This document shows, piece by piece, positions 27,154-31,327 of a DNA stretch of 31,327 bases. The position numbers and the translations under genes are program-made. Position 1 is the first letter of the stretch, and every line of letters starts with the position of its first letter. The stretch is from Clostridia bacterium. GTDB lineage: Bacteria > Bacillota > Clostridia > HGM11514. The DNA lies in assembly GCA_045594525.1 (NCBI GenBank), contig JAZNYR010000132.1, forward strand, positions 1 to 31,327, in the 5' to 3' direction. The notes under the pieces are model-generated. The model ran no database searches. It had not been told where the DNA came from and worked only from the letters and a program-made list of their open reading frames with translations.

Positions 27154-27351
27154 TTTAGCTAAATTTTGCAACAAGTTGCAAAGCTACATTATTCCACTTC
27201 GTTCCATAGCTAAATAACTCCTTCGGAGTAGCTAAATTAAATTCGCCTTATAGCGTGCGAAGCACATTTAGCTGCCATAGGCAATTTAGCTGAGCTTGCT
27301 CAATTTAGCTCGCATTAGCGAATTTAGCTGATTTCATCTCCGACGAAATCA
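27154..27351. repeat. Mirror-symmetric array of short hairpins separated by an 8-nt motif (AGCTAAAT x4, ATTTAGCT x4)
   Basis: AGCTAAAT at 27157, 27182 (agctacat), 27208, 27230; ATTTAGCT at 27266, 27284, 27303, 27322; most spacers are different small palindromes. Confidence 0.85.
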
Positions 27352-27379
27352 TTATACCATAAAACTCTTTTCTTTACAA

Positions 27380-27408
27380 GCATAAATCCCCCTATGAAAA
27401 CATAAGGT
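27380..27408 (+). promoter_or_regulatory. Sigma-E-like promoter
   Basis: GCATAAA-N14-CATAAGGT matches the sigma-E pattern (ATA...N14...CATAnnnT) upstream of a spoVB-like gene. Confidence 0.6.
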
Positions 27409-27424
27409 GTTACGGGTGATTATT

Positions 27425-28933
27425 TTGAAACGAGTGGGATTGTTAATGATCAACGGAACAGTTTCTGCCATAACTTCTTTTCTCATGAGCGGGATTGGGG
27501 TCTGGTTCAGTCTGTTTTTGACACGAAAAATTGGGACAGCCATGATGGGGCATTATCAGCTGATGATGTCCGTCTATTCCTTTGGGGTCACCTTTGCCTC
27601 TTCGGGGGCAAATTTTGCCACCATGCGGCTGATTTCGGAAAACAGAGACGCAAAACTTTCCGTCATTTTAAAAAAATGCTTTTTCTATTCCCTGGTATTC
27701 GGCTTTGGAAGTTGCGGTGTTTTACTGATTCTTGCTCCTTTCTTGAGTCAATCGGTGCTGCACCAAGAAACGGCCGTTCTGCCCCTTCGGATTATGGCGA
27801 TTTCTCTGCCCTTTGTTGCCGCATCGGGCATCATTGGAGGATATTTTACTGCTGTCAGAAAAGTATATAAAACCGCAGTGATTCAGATTGGCGAACAGTT
27901 GTTAAAAATCGGATTGACCATAGGCTTTTTGTCTTTTTTTCTCCCTCGGGGAGAGGAGTACGCCTGCCTGGCTTTGATTCTTGCAGGAGCGTTGGGGGAA
28001 GGACTAAGCTTTTGTGCCTCTTTTTGTCTGTATCGGATTGACAGAAAAAAAGACCATGGCACCAAAAAAGGCAAGGGCGGTCTTTTGCGAATTGCCCTGC
28101 CCATTGCCCTTTCTTCTTATTTGCGGTCGGGATTGGTCACCGTCAAGCACTTGTTGGTTCCATCCCAGCTGCAAAAATACGGCATGAACCACCGTCAGGC
28201 GGTATCCGCTTTTGGCATCATTCACGGCATTGTTCTTCCTGTTATTTTGTTTCCCACCTCTTTGCTGTTTTCCTTTTCCAATTTAATGATTCCGGAAGTG
28301 GCAGAGGTACGGTCAAAAAGCGGAAATTACAGCCGCAGAATGACTTATTTTATTGACCGCAGCCTGCAATTAACTCTACTTTTTTCCTTTGGAACGGCGG
28401 GCTTTTTGTTCTTCTTTGCCGAGGAGCTGATCGCAGCCACGGGACATGAAGGAATCAGTGCGGTTTACCTGAAAATGCTTGCCCTGATTGTGCCGGTCAT
28501 GTATTTAGACCACACGGTGGATAATATGCTCAAAGGCTTGGATGAGCAGGTGCAATCCATGAAATATAATATCATTGATTCCGCTGTTGGGTTAGGGTTG
28601 CTCTTTGTTTTGTTGCCACGGTTTGGAACCGCCGGGTATGTATTTTTGATTTGTTTCAGTGAAATTTTAAATTTTACCTTGAGCTTTCGCAGATTATCCA
28701 AGGTGTCCTGCTTTCATTTATTTTTGATGAGAGGAATTTTGCTGCCTTTGCTTTCCACAGGAATTTCCCTGCATCTTGGCAAATTTTCTGCTTTGTTTTT
28801 CGGACTGGAAGGCCTCCCCTTGTTACTTGTATCAGGAGCATTGAGCCTTCTCTGTTATCTGACCCTGCTCCGCCTTACGGGATGTTTCAGCAAAGAAGAC
28901 ACTCTGTGGGTCAAGGGAATTTTTAAACCGTAG
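27425..28933 (+). CDS. SpoVB-like MOP-superfamily flippase (polysaccharide biosynthesis protein)
   Basis: Many TM segments, KIGTAMMGHYQL, GYFTAV, EQLLKI, LRIALPIA, MLKGLD; probable TTG start at 27425 (GGGTG upstream), alternatives 27407 or 27446. Confidence 0.85.
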   Translation: MKRVGLLMINGTVSAITSFLMSGIGVWFSLFLTRKIGTAMMGHYQLMMSVYSFGVTFASSGANFATMRLISENRDAKLSVILKKCFFYSLVFGFGSCGVLLILAPFLSQSVLHQETAVLPLRIMAISLPFVAASGIIGGYFTAVRKVYKTAVIQIGEQLLKIGLTIGFLSFFLPRGEEYACLALILAGALGEGLSFCASFCLYRIDRKKDHGTKKGKGGLLRIALPIALSSYLRSGLVTVKHLLVPSQLQKYGMNHRQAVSAFGIIHGIVLPVILFPTSLLFSFSNLMIPEVAEVRSKSGNYSRRMTYFIDRSLQLTLLFSFGTAGFLFFFAEELIAATGHEGISAVYLKMLALIVPVMYLDHTVDNMLKGLDEQVQSMKYNIIDSAVGLGLLFVLLPRFGTAGYVFLICFSEILNFTLSFRRLSKVSCFHLFLMRGILLPLLSTGISLHLGKFSALFFGLEGLPLLLVSGALSLLCYLTLLRLTGCFSKEDTLWVKGIFKP

Positions 28934-28945
28934 GGAACAAAAGAA

Positions 28946-28974
28946 TTGAAAATGATATTTGATTATGATATAAT
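28946..28974 (+). promoter_or_regulatory. Sigma-A promoter of the acyltransferase
   Basis: TTGAAA-N17-TATAAT with extended -10. Confidence 0.7.
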
Positions 28975-29001
28975 AAAGAAAAAACACATAGGAGAAATGA
29001 T

Positions 29002-30183
29002 ATGGGTACAGAAAAAAACAGAATGGTGGGTCCTGATGTCATTAAAATTTTAGCGGCTGTGCTTGTGATTTTCACTCATCACAAAAGCCAAAGCAAGCCC
29101 GCCTTTTATTGGAACTATGGTTTTCTGTTTCTTTTCTTTTTGTTTGTTGCTATCATAGTATCGGCAGGACTTTCCCGATACGGAAAAAGGCAGAAATGGA
29201 GACAAAAAACTCTTACTTGGGCAATAAGAGCACCCTTTCTTTTTGTGGTTGCTCTTTTTGTGCTGTATAAATTTTCGGTCTCCTTTTTTCTGATCATTTC
29301 GGGATTTATGCTGACCGTTGCCATAGAAAAACACTCTCATCCCATCAAAGAATGGTACCGTCCGCATCAATTTCTGCCCCGTATCCTTCGTTTTTATCTG
29401 CCTTTTCTTCCGATTTTGATTGCGGGACTTTTCATTCACATTTTCTTGCAAGACAAAACCTATGATACAACCGGTATTCTGAAACGAATTTTTCTGGGCG
29501 GATTTGCGCCGGGGAGTTATTATATTGTAGTAATGATACAATTTCTGTTCCTGTTCCCCTTTTTGTATCTGATTGTAAAGCGGTGGCAGGGAAAGGGTCT
29601 TTGCTGTCTTTTGCTGTTGACTTTTGTTTGGGACTTGTTTGCTACCTGTCTTTTTCCCATATCGGTTAACAGCTATAAATTCTGTGCCCTTCGCTTGATT
29701 CCTCAAATTTCTTTGGGGATTTATGCCAATCTGACGAAACTCAAAAAACAACCCCTCCTTCATTGGGAAATGTTTCTTTTGGGTCTTCTTGGTTATTTGT
29801 TATTTGACTTTTCTCCGCTCCGCAAGCTATCTTTGTTTTATCAGTGGAAAACCTCCTGCCTTTTTGTGGCTGTGTTTTTATATCCGTTTTTGGTATGGGT
29901 GCTGTCGGCATTTCAAAAGGTTTCTTATACCGATTCTAAATTCAGCCACAGCATCATTTCCTTTTCCAATGCAACCTATCATATTTTTCTGATACAAATG
30001 CTGTATTACAATATGATTGGCTATGCCTGGAACGAGCAGGTAAACAACATCCTGTTTACCATGCCTGTCAATCTTTTGGTTTGTATTACGGGAGGGCTCC
30101 TTTACTATCGGTGGTTTGGTCCTTTGGAAAACAGGGTGTTAAAGAGGTTAAAAATCCGTTTAACTCCTTCAACAAAGAACTAA
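29002..30183 (+). CDS. Acyltransferase-3 (OafA-like) membrane O-acyltransferase
   Basis: R..GPDVIKILAAVLVIFTH, FFLIISGF, RILRFYLP, YYIVVMIQF.FLFPFL, SNATYHIFLIQ; RBS AGGAG. Confidence 0.85.
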   Translation: MGTEKNRMVGPDVIKILAAVLVIFTHHKSQSKPAFYWNYGFLFLFFLFVAIIVSAGLSRYGKRQKWRQKTLTWAIRAPFLFVVALFVLYKFSVSFFLIISGFMLTVAIEKHSHPIKEWYRPHQFLPRILRFYLPFLPILIAGLFIHIFLQDKTYDTTGILKRIFLGGFAPGSYYIVVMIQFLFLFPFLYLIVKRWQGKGLCCLLLLTFVWDLFATCLFPISVNSYKFCALRLIPQISLGIYANLTKLKKQPLLHWEMFLLGLLGYLLFDFSPLRKLSLFYQWKTSCLFVAVFLYPFLVWVLSAFQKVSYTDSKFSHSIISFSNATYHIFLIQMLYYNMIGYAWNEQVNNILFTMPVNLLVCITGGLLYYRWFGPLENRVLKRLKIRLTPSTKN

Positions 30184-30215
30184 AGCAAGAGTGCAAGTCA
30201 TCCCAAGGGTTTCCA

Positions 30216-30224
30216 TGCTATAAT
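30216..30224 (+). promoter_or_regulatory. Extended -10 promoter element
   Basis: TGcTATAAT 42 nt upstream of the TTG start; no clear -35. Confidence 0.5.
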
Positions 30225-30266
30225 AAAAATAGAATGATATTTTTATTATGAAAAAGGAGGAAACCT

Positions 30267-31327
30267 TTGAACGAACAAGAACTGAAAAAAGACATTGCAA
30301 ACAACATTACTTTTGTATTTCAAACATTGTTGCCGGAAAATACCGGAACAGACCGAGCTTCTCCTATGGCAAGCCGAATTGTTCCGGGAAAACGAAAACT
30401 GATTTCTTATTCTGGAATCAAGGAACCGGAAGCATTGCAAAAGACGGAATTTGTCACACCTTATGATGTGATTGATACAGGAATTGAAGAATTTGTCGCC
30501 GACTTTTACAAAAAAATACCAATTAAAACTGTTCCGGGTTTAAAAAATGCCTTGACAACAGGTTTGAAGAAATCGGAAAAACGGTTGGTTCAAACTCTGA
30601 CGACTCAATTAAAAAAGGATGTTGCTGCACAAAAACAAACAACTGCCATTCTTGATTCCTTGTTTTCTTTGACAGACAGAGAAACAGAAAAAAGAGAAAA
30701 GGATTTGTTAAACCTATCAGCACAATGGCTGGCAAACCTTATCTTATGGAATTGCAAACAAAAAGGCTACCTACACTATAAAGTGGTAACCGAAGGCGAC
30801 AACTGCAACGCCTGTACCAAGATGGAAGGAGCCATGTTTCCTATTGTTCAGGCAGAACCGGGAAAAACCGTTGCTCCCTTTCACCCAAACTGCAACTGTA
30901 AAACTGCCATTCTGAACCAAAATAATGACATTGCATTTTTTGTGGATGACATCGTCAAAAAGCTGATGGAAGCCTTTGATTTTTCCAAACCATGGGAACG
31001 CGATTTTTCGACAAAAAGAGTGAATTCTGTCAGCGAGGAGGAAGCTGTTTACCTTGCCAAGCTACAATCCATTGGCATCCCCTTTTCCCTTGCTTTAGAA
31101 ATTCTTGCCGAAATGAGGAGAACAGGAGGAAATGTTTCTAAAGAAAAGTTTGACAAATGGGGCTTTGCTGATGCTTTTGCACGCGGCTATGCAGAACTTC
31201 AATACAAGATGGTACTGGAAGGCATGACAATAGAGCAGTACGAATTTCTGACAGGAAACGCACAGCTTTCTGCTATAATGGATATGACCTTTTTTCAGTT
31301 GGCTCTTTCCGCTGTCAGCGTAACACA
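30267..31327 (+). CDS. Partial (3'-truncated, >353 aa) protein with a phage MuF / SPP1 gp7 (minor head protein)-like motif
   Basis: AAGGAGG 6 nt before TTG 30267; no stop to the window end (so absent from the supplied track); contains YKVVTEGDNCNACTKMEGAMF...GKTVAPFHPNCNCK (30804-30899). Confidence 0.8.
   Translation, partial: MNEQELKKDIANNITFVFQTLLPENTGTDRASPMASRIVPGKRKLISYSGIKEPEALQKTEFVTPYDVIDTGIEEFVADFYKKIPIKTVPGLKNALTTGLKKSEKRLVQTLTTQLKKDVAAQKQTTAILDSLFSLTDRETEKREKDLLNLSAQWLANLILWNCKQKGYLHYKVVTEGDNCNACTKMEGAMFPIVQAEPGKTVAPFHPNCNCKTAILNQNNDIAFFVDDIVKKLMEAFDFSKPWERDFSTKRVNSVSEEEAVYLAKLQSIGIPFSLALEILAEMRRTGGNVSKEKFDKWGFADAFARGYAELQYKMVLEGMTIEQYEFLTGNAQLSAIMDMTFFQLALSAVSVT

Noticed and set aside
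26815-27162. 115-aa ORF and other short ORFs across ncRNA 2 (26876-27082 minus; a 41-codon ORF from 26972)
   Set aside because: They start inside the promoter or lack a properly spaced RBS, run through terminators and have no counterpart at the homologous locus.
27154-27351. CRISPR array
   Set aside because: The constant unit is only 8 nt, spacers are 10-22 nt palindromes, orientation flips mid-array and no cas genes are present.
30248-30466. 72-aa ORF from the supplied track
   Set aside because: It overlaps, in another frame, the long TTG-started ORF that has the strong RBS and a recognisable motif; its own ATG has no RBS.
1-30735. Numerous antisense and alternate-frame ORFs in the supplied track (e.g. 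1-435, 3350-4135, 7909-8667, 20885-21481, 29050-29763)
   Set aside because: They shadow well-supported genes and lack RBS or recognisable motifs.

Overview
Chromosomal segment of a spore-forming Clostridia-type Firmicute (inferred from bofC-like and spoVB-like genes, sporulation-sigma-like promoters, Rex, MnmM and YwlE). It is mostly housekeeping: an AEC transporter + acyl-CoA ligase, argC-argB, feoAB, a BspA-LRR surface protein, secA-prfB(+1 frameshift)-prfA-sua5-ywlE-rimI-tsaD, rex-SGNH-mnmM-hflX-yigZ, a class A PBP, hydrolases, a SpoVB-like flippase and an acyltransferase-3. An ORF missed by the supplied track (TTG start 30267, open to the window end) carries a phage MuF/gp7-like CxxC...HPNCxC motif. 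The intergenic DNA is the most interesting part. (1) Two homologous candidate ncRNA genes (9404-9611 and 26848-27013) each have a strong sigma-A promoter, a rod fold, a shared apical GC-A6/7-UGC..UCUCC motif and a homologous covarying terminator tail; in both, the apical motif is 16-bp complementary to the tail. (2) A MITE-like repeat family sits at gene 3' ends. (3) A mirror-symmetric array of variable hairpins is punctuated by AGCTAAAT/ATTTAGCT. (4) A DnaA-box cluster lies upstream of rex. No database searches or folding programs were run; all pairings were read by eye.
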